Below are positions 28,531-38,267 of a stretch of DNA of 64,000 bases, piece after piece; positions within the stretch are counted from its first letter, which is position 1, and every line of letters starts with the position of its first letter. The stretch comes from Chakrabartia sp. (lineage in GTDB: Bacteria; Pseudomonadota; Alphaproteobacteria; Sphingomonadales; Sphingomonadaceae), in assembly GCA_046074265.1 (NCBI GenBank), contig JBJTNW010000012.1, positions 21,594-85,593 on the forward strand. The letters run 5' to 3'. The notes beneath the pieces were generated by a model, which was given only the letters and a program-made list of their open reading frames with translations, ran no database searches and was not told the DNA's origin. Made by a program: the position numbers and the translations under genes.

Positions 28531-29829
28531 CTACAAGACGTATTTGCTCAGATCGACATTCTGGGCGATGCCAGAAAGCTGCGCGGTCACATAATCGGCA
28601 TTGATCGTGACCGTTTCTCCCCGCTTATCCTCGGCATCAAAACTGATATCTTCCAGCAGCTTTTCAAGCACGGTCGACAAGCGGCGCGCGCCGATATTCT
28701 CAACCGACTGGTTCACCTCAGCCGCGATCTTCGCAATCGCGCGAATGCCATCAGCCGTGAAGTCCACCTTCACCTCTTCGGTGTTTAACAGGGCAGAATA
28801 TTGGGTCGTCAGGCTCGCACGTGTGTCGGAGAGAATCTGGACGAAATCCGCCTCGGTCAGCGCCTTAAGTTCTACGCGGATCGGCAGGCGGCCCTGCAAT
28901 TCGGGCAAGAGATCGCTGGGCTTGGCGACATGGAAGGCACCTGATGCGATGAAGAGGATATGGTCGGTCTTCATCGGCCCATATTTGGTGGCAACCGTGG
29001 TCCCTTCAATCAGCGGCAGCAGGTCGCGCTGCACGCCTTCGCGGCTCACCGATCCGCCGCGCACATCCGAGACGGCGATCTTGTCGATCTCATCCAGAAA
29101 AACGATGCCATTGGCCTCGGCATCGGCAAGCGCCACGCGGGCGACATCATCCTGATCCAACCGGGCGTCGGCTTCTTCTTCGACCAGCTTGGCCCAAGCG
29201 GCGGGCACGGTCATCTTGCGGCGTTTTTTGGGCGCGCTGCCAAAGGCCTTGCCCATCATGTCGCTTAAATTGATCATCCCGATATTGGGCGCGCCCGGAA
29301 TCTCAAACGGCATATTGGGCGCGTTTTCGACCTCAATCTCGATCTCGGTCGTTTCCAGATGCCCATCGGCAAAGCGCTGGCGAAAGGCATCTCGGGTGGC
29401 GGTAGAGCTGTCCTTGCCGGTCAGGGCATCAAGCAGGCGGCTCATTGCGGCCTCTTCGGCCTTGTCCTTCACCGCGGCGCGGCGGCGTTCTTTTTCCAGC
29501 CGGATCGCTTCTTCCACCAGATCGCGGGCAATCTGCTCCACATCGCGGCCAACATAACCCACTTCGGTAAACTTGGTCGCTTCCACCTTCACAAAGGGGG
29601 CATCGGCCAGCTTGGCAAGGCGGCGGCTGATTTCGGTTTTGCCGCAGCCCGTGGGGCCGATCATCAGGATATTCTTGGGCGTCACTTCGTCGCGCAAATC
29701 GGCGGCAAGCTGCTGGCGGCGCCAGCGGTTGCGCAGCGCGACGGCGACAGCGCGCTTGGCCTCTGCCTGCCCGATGATGTGCGCATCCAGGGCGGCCACA
29801 ATGGCCTTGGGAGTAAGGGTCTTGGTCAT
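28531..29829 (-). CDS. hslU: ATP-dependent protease ATPase subunit HslU
   Basis: [58 protein letters not shown]-terminus. Confidence 0.98.
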   Translation of the reverse strand: MTKTLTPKAIVAALDAHIIGQAEAKRAVAVALRNRWRRQQLAADLRDEVTPKNILMIGPTGCGKTEISRRLAKLADAPFVKVEATKFTEVGYVGRDVEQIARDLVEEAIRLEKERRRAAVKDKAEEAAMSRLLDALTGKDSSTATRDAFRQRFADGHLETTEIEIEVENAPNMPFEIPGAPNIGMINLSDMMGKAFGSAPKKRRKMTVPAAWAKLVEEEADARLDQDDVARVALADAEANGIVFLDEIDKIAVSDVRGGSVSREGVQRDLLPLIEGTTVATKYGPMKTDHILFIASGAFHVAKPSDLLPELQGRLPIRVELKALTEADFVQILSDTRASLTTQYSALLNTEEVKVDFTADGIRAIAKIAAEVNQSVENIGARRLSTVLEKLLEDISFDAEDKRGETVTINADYVTAQLSGIAQNVDLSKYVL

Positions 29830-29853
29830 CTGAAATCCTTTAGGCGTCAGGGC

Positions 29854-30402
29854 TTAGCTGGCGCTGTCGAGCGTCTCGACGGTCAATTGATCATTGGTGT
29901 AGACGCAGATTTCTGCGGCGATCGCCATTGCCTTGCGGGCCAGCGTTTCCGCATCGGGTTCATAATCCTTAAGCGCACGGGCCGCAGCGAGCGCGAAATT
30001 GCCGCCCGAGCCAATCGCGGCAATGCCATCCACGGGTTCCAGCACATCGCCATTGCCGGTCAGGATCAAGGTGGTTTCCTTGTCGGCCACGATCATCATC
30101 GCTTCCAGATTGCGCAGGAATTTATCTGTCCGCCAATCTTTGGCCAGTTCTACCGCTGCCCGCAGCAACTGGCCGTGATATTGCTCCAGCTTCTTTTCCA
30201 GCCGGTCAAACAGGGTGAAAGCATCGGCCGTCGCCCCGGCAAAGCCGGCAATGACGCCATGGCCCAGCGGCCGGACCTTGCGGGCATTGGGCTTCATCAC
30301 CGTCTGCCCCATCGAGACCTGGCCATCGCCCGCGATCACGACCTTGCCGGATTTGCGCACGGATACAATGGTCGTGCCGTGCCATTTGATTGCATCGCTC
30401 AT
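29854..30402 (-). CDS. hslV: ATP-dependent protease subunit HslV
   Basis: [10 protein letters not shown] (N-terminal Thr nucleophile), [22 protein letters not shown]. Confidence 0.97.
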   Translation of the reverse strand: MSDAIKWHGTTIVSVRKSGKVVIAGDGQVSMGQTVMKPNARKVRPLGHGVIAGFAGATADAFTLFDRLEKKLEQYHGQLLRAAVELAKDWRTDKFLRNLEAMMIVADKETTLILTGNGDVLEPVDGIAAIGSGGNFALAAARALKDYEPDAETLARKAMAIAAEICVYTNDQLTVETLDSAS

Positions 30403-30409
30403 GGACGGG

Positions 30410-30439
30410 ATATGGGGCCGGGGCGCGGGCATTTTCAAG
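30410..30439 (-). promoter_or_regulatory. Sigma-32 (RpoH) promoter of hslVU
   Basis: Minus strand CTTGAA-N16-CCCCATAT, ending 7 nt before the hslV ATG. Confidence 0.75.
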
Positions 30440-30554
30440 GGCCGCAACGTGGCGCGCAACATTCTTCTTCACACACGCAATTTCCGCGCTAGGGTCTGCG
30501 CCATTCGTCGGGCCATGCGCCCGCGCAAAACAATTTCAGGGATTTGGGCTTGAT

Positions 30555-32315
30555 ATGGCTGAGCTAGCAAAGACGATGGGCGCGGCAGAAGGGGAATGGT
30601 TTGGCCATCCCCGCCAATTGGCGCGCCTGTTCACGACGGAAATGTGGGAACGTTTCGGCTATTACGGAATGCGGGCGCTGCTGACGCTCTATCTGGCCGA
30701 ACATTTTCTGTTTGATGATACGACGACCACCGGGCTTTATGGCGGGTTTACCGCGCTCGTCTATCTGACACCGCTGGTCGGCGGCTTGCTGGCAGATCGC
30801 TATCTGGGCTCGAAGCGGTCGGTGAAATTTGGCGCCATCCTGATGGCGCTCGGATATTTCACCTTGTGCTTCGGCGGCGAAGCGGCCCGACCCTATGCGA
30901 TGATCGACGGCCAGAAATATGCCGTCGTCAATCAAGGTGACGGCGATGCCAAGCAGCAATTGGTCACCGTCAATGGCCAGCAGCTCAAGATCAAGGGCAA
31001 TGAAGACAAATCAGTCTCGCTGATCGCGGCAGACGGCACGCAGGTGCGCCGCGTCGCGCCGGGTGAGTTCAAGTCGGGCGGCGAACGCTCGCCTTTCTAT
31101 ACGCTGTTGTTGCTGGCAGGCCTGTCGATGGTCACGGTGGGCAACGGCTTTTTCAAGCCCAATATCTCAACCATTGTCGGCGCGCTTTATGCGCAGGGTG
31201 ACCGCCGACGCGATGCCGGGTTCACGATTTTCTACATGGGCATCAATCTTGGTTCCCTGTTTTCGCAGCTGCTTTGCCCATGGCTGGCGGTGACGGTGGG
31301 CTGGTGGGCAGGCTTTGGCCTGGCCGCGATCGGCATGGTTTTTTCATGGAGCCTGATCCAGTTTGATGGTGGCCGGCTTGATGGCTATGGCGACCGCCCG
31401 GAAGATGCCGATCCATCACGCGATGTGGCGATTTATGCGGGCGCGGTGCTGACCATTCCGGTGGTTTGGCTGCTGTTCTCCAATTTGATGAGCTATGTCG
31501 CCCCGGCCGCGGGCAGCGGCATCATGGGCTATATTCTCGGCCTGCCGCTCATGGGCAAGATGCTGTTTGGCACCTTCTTGATCGGGGTTCCGGGCATTTT
31601 GATCTGGTCTTGGTTCAATGGCTCGCGGACGGAGTTTCAGATGATGGTCGCCGCGATGGTGCTGATCGTCTTTAACACGGTTTTCTGGACGCTGTTTGAA
31701 CAGGCAGGATCGTCGCTGACGCTCTTTGCCAACCGCAACACCGATTTGTCGGTCTTTGGCTGGTTCAGCATTTCGGCGGGCCAGACCCAGTTTTTCAACG
31801 CCTTCTTCATTGTCGTGCTGGCGCCGCTGTTCTCCATGATGTGGAATGGCATGGCCAAGCGCGGGATTGAGCCGTCGATCCCGGTCAAGTTCGCTGTCGC
31901 GCTGGTGGGCGTGGGCGCAGGCTTCCTGTTCCTGGTCTGGGGCGCAGCCTTTGCCGGACCGGACTTCAAGGTTGGCCTGTGGTGGCTGGCCGGCCTCTAT
32001 CTGATCCACTCCATGGCTGAATTGTGCATTTCGCCGGTTGGCCTCAGCATGATCACCAAATTGTCGATCGCGCGGATTGTGGGTCTGATGATGGGCGTCT
32101 GGTTCTTGTCCATCTCGGTTGCCCAATATGTCGCCGGGATTGTTGCGCAGGTGGCCAGTGTTGAAACCGTTGGCGGTCAGGTGACCAATTTGCGCGTCAG
32201 CCTAGAGACCTATATCGGCGTGTTCACGATGATCGGCTGGGCCTCGGTGATCATCGGTGCGCTGCTGCTGGCGCTTGCCCTTCCCATCAAAAAACTGATG
32301 CATGGAGTGAACTGA
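30555..32315 (+). CDS. Proton-dependent oligopeptide transporter (POT/PTR, MFS)
   Basis: EMWERFGYYGMR (ExxERFxYY), GNGFFKPNIS, GFTIFYMGINLG, ELCISPVGLS. Confidence 0.93.
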   Translation: MAELAKTMGAAEGEWFGHPRQLARLFTTEMWERFGYYGMRALLTLYLAEHFLFDDTTTTGLYGGFTALVYLTPLVGGLLADRYLGSKRSVKFGAILMALGYFTLCFGGEAARPYAMIDGQKYAVVNQGDGDAKQQLVTVNGQQLKIKGNEDKSVSLIAADGTQVRRVAPGEFKSGGERSPFYTLLLLAGLSMVTVGNGFFKPNISTIVGALYAQGDRRRDAGFTIFYMGINLGSLFSQLLCPWLAVTVGWWAGFGLAAIGMVFSWSLIQFDGGRLDGYGDRPEDADPSRDVAIYAGAVLTIPVVWLLFSNLMSYVAPAAGSGIMGYILGLPLMGKMLFGTFLIGVPGILIWSWFNGSRTEFQMMVAAMVLIVFNTVFWTLFEQAGSSLTLFANRNTDLSVFGWFSISAGQTQFFNAFFIVVLAPLFSMMWNGMAKRGIEPSIPVKFAVALVGVGAGFLFLVWGAAFAGPDFKVGLWWLAGLYLIHSMAELCISPVGLSMITKLSIARIVGLMMGVWFLSISVAQYVAGIVAQVASVETVGGQVTNLRVSLETYIGVFTMIGWASVIIGALLLALALPIKKLMHGVN

Positions 32316-33703
32316 TGCGCGTATCCGCATTTCTCGCCAGCCTCGCCATCTTGATGGCGGCTCCGGCCACGCCGGTCATGGCCAAAAAGAAGGACAAGGA
32401 CGCCGATACCAAGGCTCTCGCGTTCAACAAGGATCCTTACCCCTCCACCTATCACGCTTATCCGGGCGTGCCGACGGCGGTCACCAATGTGACGGTCTAT
32501 GACGGAGAGGGCGCAAAATTCTTGAACGCGACGGTCTATTTCCGCGACGGCAAGGTCGAAGGCATTGAAACCGGACACACGGTCAAGGACGGATACAGCG
32601 TGATCGATGGCACCGGCAAATGGGTGACCCCCGGCATCATCGACGTCCATTCGCACCTTGGCGATTATCCCTCGCCAAGCGTGGAGGCCCTGTCGGATGG
32701 CAATGAAGCAACGGGTGCTGCCCGTCCCGAAGTTTGGGCTGAGCACAGCGTTTGGCCGCAGGACCCGGGTTTTTCGCGCGCGCTGGCCAATGGCGGCGTG
32801 ACAACGCTGCAAATCCTGCCGGGCTCTGCCAATTTGTTCGGTGGCCGCTCGGTTACGATCAAGAATGTTTATGCCCGCAATGTGCAGGGCATGAAGTTTC
32901 CCGGCGCGCCTTATGGCTTGAAAATGGCGTGCGGCGAGAACCCGAAGCGCGTTTATGGCGGGCGCGGTCAGATGCCGCAGACCCGCATGGGCAATATGGC
33001 CGTCAACCGCCAGACATGGGCACGCGCTGTGGAATATAAGCGCAAGCTCGACAAGGGTGAGGCGGTCACGCGCGACTTGGGCATGGAAACGCTGGCCGGT
33101 GTCCTCTCGGGTGAAATCCTCGTGCACAATCATTGCTATCGCGCCGATGAAATGAGCCTCGTCATCGATATGGCGAAGGAATTCGGGTATAAGGTGTCGA
33201 CCTTCCACCATGCGGTGGAAAGCTACAAAATTGCCGACCTGTTGGCGAAAGAGGGCATCTGCTCGGCCATGTGGGCCGACTGGTGGGGGTTCAAGATGGA
33301 ATCCTATGACGCCATCAACGAGAATATCCCGCTTGTCCACAAAGCCGGGGCCTGTGCGATTGTCCATTCGGATGACGCAAATGGCATCCAGCGCCTGAAC
33401 CAAGAAGCCGCAAAGGCGCTGGCCGATGGCCGGCGGATCGGCATTGACGTGTCTGACGAGCTGGCCTGGACCTGGCTCAGCTACAACCCGGCCAAGGCGC
33501 TGGGCATCGCGGACAAGACGGGCAGCCTGAAGCCCGGCAAGATGGCTGATATCGTCTTGTGGAACGGCAACCCGCTGTCTGTTTATACCCGCCCCGACAA
33601 GGTCTGGGTGGATGGCGCGCTGATGTATGACGCGTCAGACCCGAAGAAGCGGCCAGTGGCTGATTTTGAGCTGGGCCAGCCCGGTGAGGGAGACGTGAAA
33701 TGA
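32315..33703 (+). CDS. Secreted metal-dependent amidohydrolase
   Basis: Signal peptide; PGIIDVHSHLG, LKMACGENP, VHNHCYR, FHHAVE and HSDD metal-ligand motifs. Confidence 0.88.
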   Translation: MRVSAFLASLAILMAAPATPVMAKKKDKDADTKALAFNKDPYPSTYHAYPGVPTAVTNVTVYDGEGAKFLNATVYFRDGKVEGIETGHTVKDGYSVIDGTGKWVTPGIIDVHSHLGDYPSPSVEALSDGNEATGAARPEVWAEHSVWPQDPGFSRALANGGVTTLQILPGSANLFGGRSVTIKNVYARNVQGMKFPGAPYGLKMACGENPKRVYGGRGQMPQTRMGNMAVNRQTWARAVEYKRKLDKGEAVTRDLGMETLAGVLSGEILVHNHCYRADEMSLVIDMAKEFGYKVSTFHHAVESYKIADLLAKEGICSAMWADWWGFKMESYDAINENIPLVHKAGACAIVHSDDANGIQRLNQEAAKALADGRRIGIDVSDELAWTWLSYNPAKALGIADKTGSLKPGKMADIVLWNGNPLSVYTRPDKVWVDGALMYDASDPKKRPVADFELGQPGEGDVK

Positions 33704-34983
33704 AGCATCTTCTTTTCGCCGCCGCCGCCTTGATCGCAGCTCCTCTTTCCGCCGAAACGCTTGCGATTACCGGCGGCAAGATCGTGCTGGGCGATGGCAG
33801 TGCGCCGATCGACAACGGCACCGTAATTGTGACCAATGGTCGCGTTGTGGCCGCGGGCGCGAAGCTGCCCGTTCCGGCAGGTGCCGTGCGCGTGGATGCC
33901 AGCGGCAAATGGGTGACGCCCGGCATTGTCGCCGGCTTTACCCGGCTTGGACTTGTTGCAGTGGATGCGGTGGAACCCACCAACGATACCGCTGCTGCGC
34001 GATCGCCATTTAACGCATCGCTGACGGTCGCCCCGGCGATCAACCCCGATGTGGCGGCGATTGCCGTCAACCGCGCCGCAGGCGTGACCCGGGCGATCGT
34101 ATCGCCGGAAGCCAGCAACGTCATTTTTGGCGGGCAAGGCGCGGTGATTGATACAGGGGCCGATTTTGACCCCATTACCAAGGCCCGTGCGTTCCAGTTT
34201 GTTGAATTTGGAGAAACGGGCGCTCGGATCGCCGGTGGGTCTCGGCCGGCCTTGCTTGCCGCCTTCAAGACGGCGCTTGGCGAGGCAAGCGATGCCAGCA
34301 AGGGCATCTTCCCCGACAATGCGCTGTTGAAGCGGCAGGATGCGCTGGCCCTTGTGCCAGTCATCAATGGGACGATGCGGCTCTTTGTTCATGCCGAAAG
34401 CGCGCCGGACATCTTGGCCGTGCTTGCGTTGAAGAAAGAGTATCCGCTGCTCAACATTGTCCTTGTTGGCGCAACCGAGGGCTGGCGCGTCGCGCCGCAA
34501 ATCGCTGCTGCAAAGGTGTCGGTGCTGGCCTCGGCACTCAACGATCTGCCCGACAGCTTTGAACAGCTGGCCGCCACCCAATCGAATATCGGCCGGATGA
34601 AGGCGGCCGGTGTGACGGTGGGCATTGGCATGATCAATGATAATGAGGCGCGGCAGGCGCAACTCAGCATGCAATATGCCGGAAACCTTGTCGCGCTGAC
34701 CAAAGTGCCGGGCGCTAAGGGGCTGACATGGGATCAGGCCTTTGCGGCGATCAGCTCGGTGCCGGCAGAAATTGTCGGGATGGGGGGCGAAATCGGCTCG
34801 CTGCGAGCTGGCCGCCGGGCCGATATTGTGGTGTGGGATGGCGATCCGCTGGAGGTGACATCGGCTGTCACCGATGTTTGGATTGATGGTGTCAAACAAT
34901 CGCTGAGCACCCGCCAGACCCGGCTGCGCGACCGCTATCTGACCCCCAATGAAGAGGCGCTTCCCAACGCCTATGATCATTAG
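33700..34983 (+). CDS. Secreted amidohydrolase-fold protein lacking most metal ligands
   Basis: Signal peptide; same scaffold (DASGKWVTPG, GSL..GRRADIVVWDGDPL) but the HxH motif reads AGFTR; ATGA overlap. Confidence 0.8.
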   Translation: MKHLLFAAAALIAAPLSAETLAITGGKIVLGDGSAPIDNGTVIVTNGRVVAAGAKLPVPAGAVRVDASGKWVTPGIVAGFTRLGLVAVDAVEPTNDTAAARSPFNASLTVAPAINPDVAAIAVNRAAGVTRAIVSPEASNVIFGGQGAVIDTGADFDPITKARAFQFVEFGETGARIAGGSRPALLAAFKTALGEASDASKGIFPDNALLKRQDALALVPVINGTMRLFVHAESAPDILAVLALKKEYPLLNIVLVGATEGWRVAPQIAAAKVSVLASALNDLPDSFEQLAATQSNIGRMKAAGVTVGIGMINDNEARQAQLSMQYAGNLVALTKVPGAKGLTWDQAFAAISSVPAEIVGMGGEIGSLRAGRRADIVVWDGDPLEVTSAVTDVWIDGVKQSLSTRQTRLRDRYLTPNEEALPNAYDH

Positions 34984-35079
34984 GGGCTGATCTGGGGGGC
35001 GGCCCGTAAGGGGGCTAGGCAAGCCCCCCCAAATCAGCAAGACTGCAAGCTCTCTAAGGCTGGGGAAGAGGAGAGCCTG

Positions 35080-35775
35080 ATGCAGCAGCTTGTCTTGGCG
35101 ATGATCGCCTTTGTTGGCACACATTTCCTGATGTCCCACCCCTTGCGCGCGCCGCTTGTCGGGCGCTTGGGCGAAAACGGGTTTCGCGCTTTATATTCGT
35201 TGGTCTCGCTTGGCACTTTTGGCTGGGCCGTGATGGCGTTTCGCGCCGCGCCGGCCACCGCACCGCTCTGGGCCGTCGGGGATGGCCTTTGGGCGCTTGC
35301 CAGCCTCTTGATGCTGGAAGGGGCGATCCTCTTTACGGGGTCGCTGATCGGCAATCCGGCCATGCCTGCGCCTGGGGCCGAAAAGCTGGCGGTCCAACCC
35401 GCGCGCGGCGTATTTCAAATCACCCGTCACCCGATGATGTGGGGCTTTGCGCTGTGGGCCATCGCCCATGCGCTGGTCGCGCCTTATGCGGCGCAACTGG
35501 TGCTGACGGCAGGTATCCTGATCCTCGCGCTGGGGGGCTCGGCCGGGCAGGACCGCAAAAAGGCCGCACTCATGGGCTCTGCCTGGAAGGACTGGTCGGC
35601 ACGGACCAGCTTCTTGCCTTATGCTCGCCAACTGACGGGCAAGGCGCTCTGGGCGACGGGTTGGCCCGGCCTGCGCCTCGTCCTGATCGGCACGGTCATC
35701 TGGCTGGGCGCGACCTATGTGCACCCGATGCTTGGTGCGCCGACGGCCGGTATCTGGGTCTGGCTGCACCCCTAG
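35080..35775 (+). CDS. NnrU family membrane protein
   Basis: FVGTHFLMSH..R..LV..LG..GF...YSLVS and ITRHPMMWGFALWA.AH pattern. Confidence 0.85.
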   Translation: MQQLVLAMIAFVGTHFLMSHPLRAPLVGRLGENGFRALYSLVSLGTFGWAVMAFRAAPATAPLWAVGDGLWALASLLMLEGAILFTGSLIGNPAMPAPGAEKLAVQPARGVFQITRHPMMWGFALWAIAHALVAPYAAQLVLTAGILILALGGSAGQDRKKAALMGSAWKDWSARTSFLPYARQLTGKALWATGWPGLRLVLIGTVIWLGATYVHPMLGAPTAGIWVWLHP

Positions 35776-37001
35776 CCGGGGTCGGGCGCGTCCCCGGCGC
35801 GCTTTGAAACGGTGGCGGTCACGGCCATGTCCATCGTGACATTGCCCAAGGTCCGCATGATATCGGGGAAGGTCTCAACTGCGACCAGCAGCGCCAGCGG
35901 CTCTACCGGCACGCCCATCGCCATGGAGATGGGGGCAATGGACGTCACAAAGCTGACGGTACCGGGCAGGCTAACCGCGCCCAAGGTGGTTGTGGCCGCC
36001 GCCGCAACGCCCGCCACCAGCGCCCAGGGGGAAAGCTCAATCCCCATCCAGTGCGCGACATAGATGGCGACGGCGAGGTTCATCGCCGGGCCGGTTGCGC
36101 GGAAGATGGCCACCGCGGTTGGCATCACCAGATCGGCGGTGGCCGCCGGAACGCCCAAGCTTGCCACCCCGCGCAGCATGGCGGGCAGCGAGACCAAAGA
36201 GGATTGCGTGGAAATCGCCACCGCCTGCGCCGGAATGGCCGCGCGGAAGAAGCGCAGCGGGCCAATGCCCGCCCCAAAGAGCGCCAGCCCGAACGACAAG
36301 ATCCAGATAACGCTGCCTGTTGCCGTGACAATCGCCACATAATGGGCAAGGGCGCCAAGCGCGGCCGCGCCCGCTTTCGCGCCGACCACATAAGCCAGCG
36401 CAAAGACGCCAAGCGGGGCAATGGCCAAGACCCAGTTGATGACAATCAGCATCGCATCGCCCACGGCTTCAAACACGCCGCCGATCAGCTTGCGCTTTTC
36501 TTCCGGCAGGCGGATCACCGCAAAGGCAAAGGCCATGGTGAAAATGATCAGCGGCAGGATCGCATCATTGGCGGCGGCATTGATCGGGTTGGTTGGCACG
36601 ATCGCCCGGACAAAATCGGCAAAGGGTTTCACCTCGCCCGGCGCCGGCGCCGATGAGAGCGCGGATTTGAGCGCGGCTCCCGCTTCTACCGGCATCGGAA
36701 AGGCCGTTAGCAGCGCCGGGGTCACAAACGCGGCGATCGTGGCCGAACCCCAGAGGATAACCATCATCGTCACCACGGCGCGTAGGGCGAGCTTGCCCGC
36801 GCGGGCGGCTGCGGCCGTCTGCGCTATCCCGGTGACCAGCAGCGCGACCACCAGCGGCACCACCGTCATCCTGAGGCCATTGAGCCAGAGCGTGCCGGTA
36901 ATATCGGCAAATTCGGTCAGGCCATGATGGCTGGAATCGAGCAGCATCCCAAGGCCAAGCCCCAGAACCAGCGCAATAAGAATGTAGGACGCTTTGGACA
37001 T
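35772..37001 (-). CDS. Dicarboxylate/amino acid:cation symporter (DAACS)
   Basis: LRMTVVPLV, VPTNPI.A, STQSSL.SLP, ETFPDIMRTLGNV. Confidence 0.88.
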   Translation of the reverse strand: MSKASYILIALVLGLGLGMLLDSSHHGLTEFADITGTLWLNGLRMTVVPLVVALLVTGIAQTAAAARAGKLALRAVVTMMVILWGSATIAAFVTPALLTAFPMPVEAGAALKSALSSAPAPGEVKPFADFVRAIVPTNPINAAANDAILPLIIFTMAFAFAVIRLPEEKRKLIGGVFEAVGDAMLIVINWVLAIAPLGVFALAYVVGAKAGAAALGALAHYVAIVTATGSVIWILSFGLALFGAGIGPLRFFRAAIPAQAVAISTQSSLVSLPAMLRGVASLGVPAATADLVMPTAVAIFRATGPAMNLAVAIYVAHWMGIELSPWALVAGVAAAATTTLGAVSLPGTVSFVTSIAPISMAMGVPVEPLALLVAVETFPDIMRTLGNVTMDMAVTATVSKRAGDAPDPG

Positions 37002-37054
37002 ACTTGTTTTCCCCGATCCGCTTGGTGATACACGGCCAATAAGGAGAGGCAAAT

Positions 37055-38194
37055 ATGACCAATGCGTTGTGCGCCCGTCTGGGTATCGAGTTCCCGTTAT
37101 TTGCGTTCAGCCATTGCCGCGATGTGGTGGCTGCCGTGTCCAAGGCAGGTGGCTTTGGCGTGCTGGGCGCAACCGCCTTCAACCCGGAAGAGCTGGAGGT
37201 GGAGCTGCAATGGATCGACGCCCATGTCGACGGCAAGCCCTATGGCATCGATGTGCTGATCCCTGAAAATCTGAGCGTGAAGCATGAAAAGGATCTGACC
37301 TCCAAAAAATTGGCAGAGCGGATACCGCAGCAGCATCGTGACTTTGTTGATCATCTGCTGAAGTCTCATGGGGTGGAAAGCGCCGGCGAGCACGCCCGCG
37401 CCCGCAGCGAGGATGCGCCGCCGCCCTTTTGGCCGGAAGAAGCGATGGAACTGCTGCGCGTTGCCTTCAACCACCCGATCCGCATGATCGTGAATGCGCT
37501 GGGCGTGCCGCCCAAGGAAATGATCGAGATGGGCCGGGCGCATAATGTGCCGGTGGGGGCGCTTGCCGGCGCGAAAGAGCACGCACTGCGTCTTGCCGAG
37601 GCGGGCTGCGACGTCATTGTGGCGCAAGGCGGCGAGGCGGGCGGCCATTGCGGCGAAGTTTCAACGATTGTGCTGATCCCCGAAGTCGTGCGGGCCTTGA
37701 AGGCGGCCGGGCATGATGTGCCGGTGCTGGCGGCCGGCGGCATTATGACCGGTGCGCAAATGGCCGCCTGCATGGCGATGGGGGCTGCGGGCGCATGGAC
37801 CGGCTCGGTCTGGCTCGCCACGACTGAAAGCGAATGTTCCCAGATTTTCCGTGAGAAGATGGTCGCTGCCCGCTCGCGCGATACGGTGCGATCCAAGGGG
37901 CGCACGGGCAAATATTCGCGCCAGCTGGTCTCGGCCTGGACCGAGGCATGGGAAGGGCCCGACAGCCCGGGTGCGCTGCCTATGCCCATGCAATCGCTGA
38001 TTGCCGAGCCCGCGATCCACAAAGCCACCAAATCAGCCGAAGGCGGCAATGATCAGGCGCGCGCCCTGGTGACCTATTTTGTCGGTCAAGGCGTCGGGCT
38101 GGTCGACAATATCGTATCGGCGCGGTCCGTGGTGCAGGACTTCATGTCTGATTATGCCGAAGCGGTCGACCGTCTGAACGCATCGGTGGCTTAG
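37055..38194 (+). CDS. Nitronate monooxygenase / 2-nitropropane dioxygenase family flavoprotein
   Basis: VSKAGGFGVLG, VAQGGEAGGHCG, VLAAGGIMTG, GAAGAWTGS.WL.T.E. Confidence 0.85.
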   Translation: MTNALCARLGIEFPLFAFSHCRDVVAAVSKAGGFGVLGATAFNPEELEVELQWIDAHVDGKPYGIDVLIPENLSVKHEKDLTSKKLAERIPQQHRDFVDHLLKSHGVESAGEHARARSEDAPPPFWPEEAMELLRVAFNHPIRMIVNALGVPPKEMIEMGRAHNVPVGALAGAKEHALRLAEAGCDVIVAQGGEAGGHCGEVSTIVLIPEVVRALKAAGHDVPVLAAGGIMTGAQMAACMAMGAAGAWTGSVWLATTESECSQIFREKMVAARSRDTVRSKGRTGKYSRQLVSAWTEAWEGPDSPGALPMPMQSLIAEPAIHKATKSAEGGNDQARALVTYFVGQGVGLVDNIVSARSVVQDFMSDYAEAVDRLNASVA

Positions 38195-38267
38195 GCAGGG
38201 GGTTTGCGCAGCACCCGACACGATCTATATTCTGGCCATTCCCTTACGCCTTTTCGAAAGACCTTGC

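Noticed and set aside
34986-35038. G/C-run hairpin after the amidohydrolase pair
   Set aside because: No U-tract on either strand and no second copy seen, so neither terminator nor REP family can be supported.
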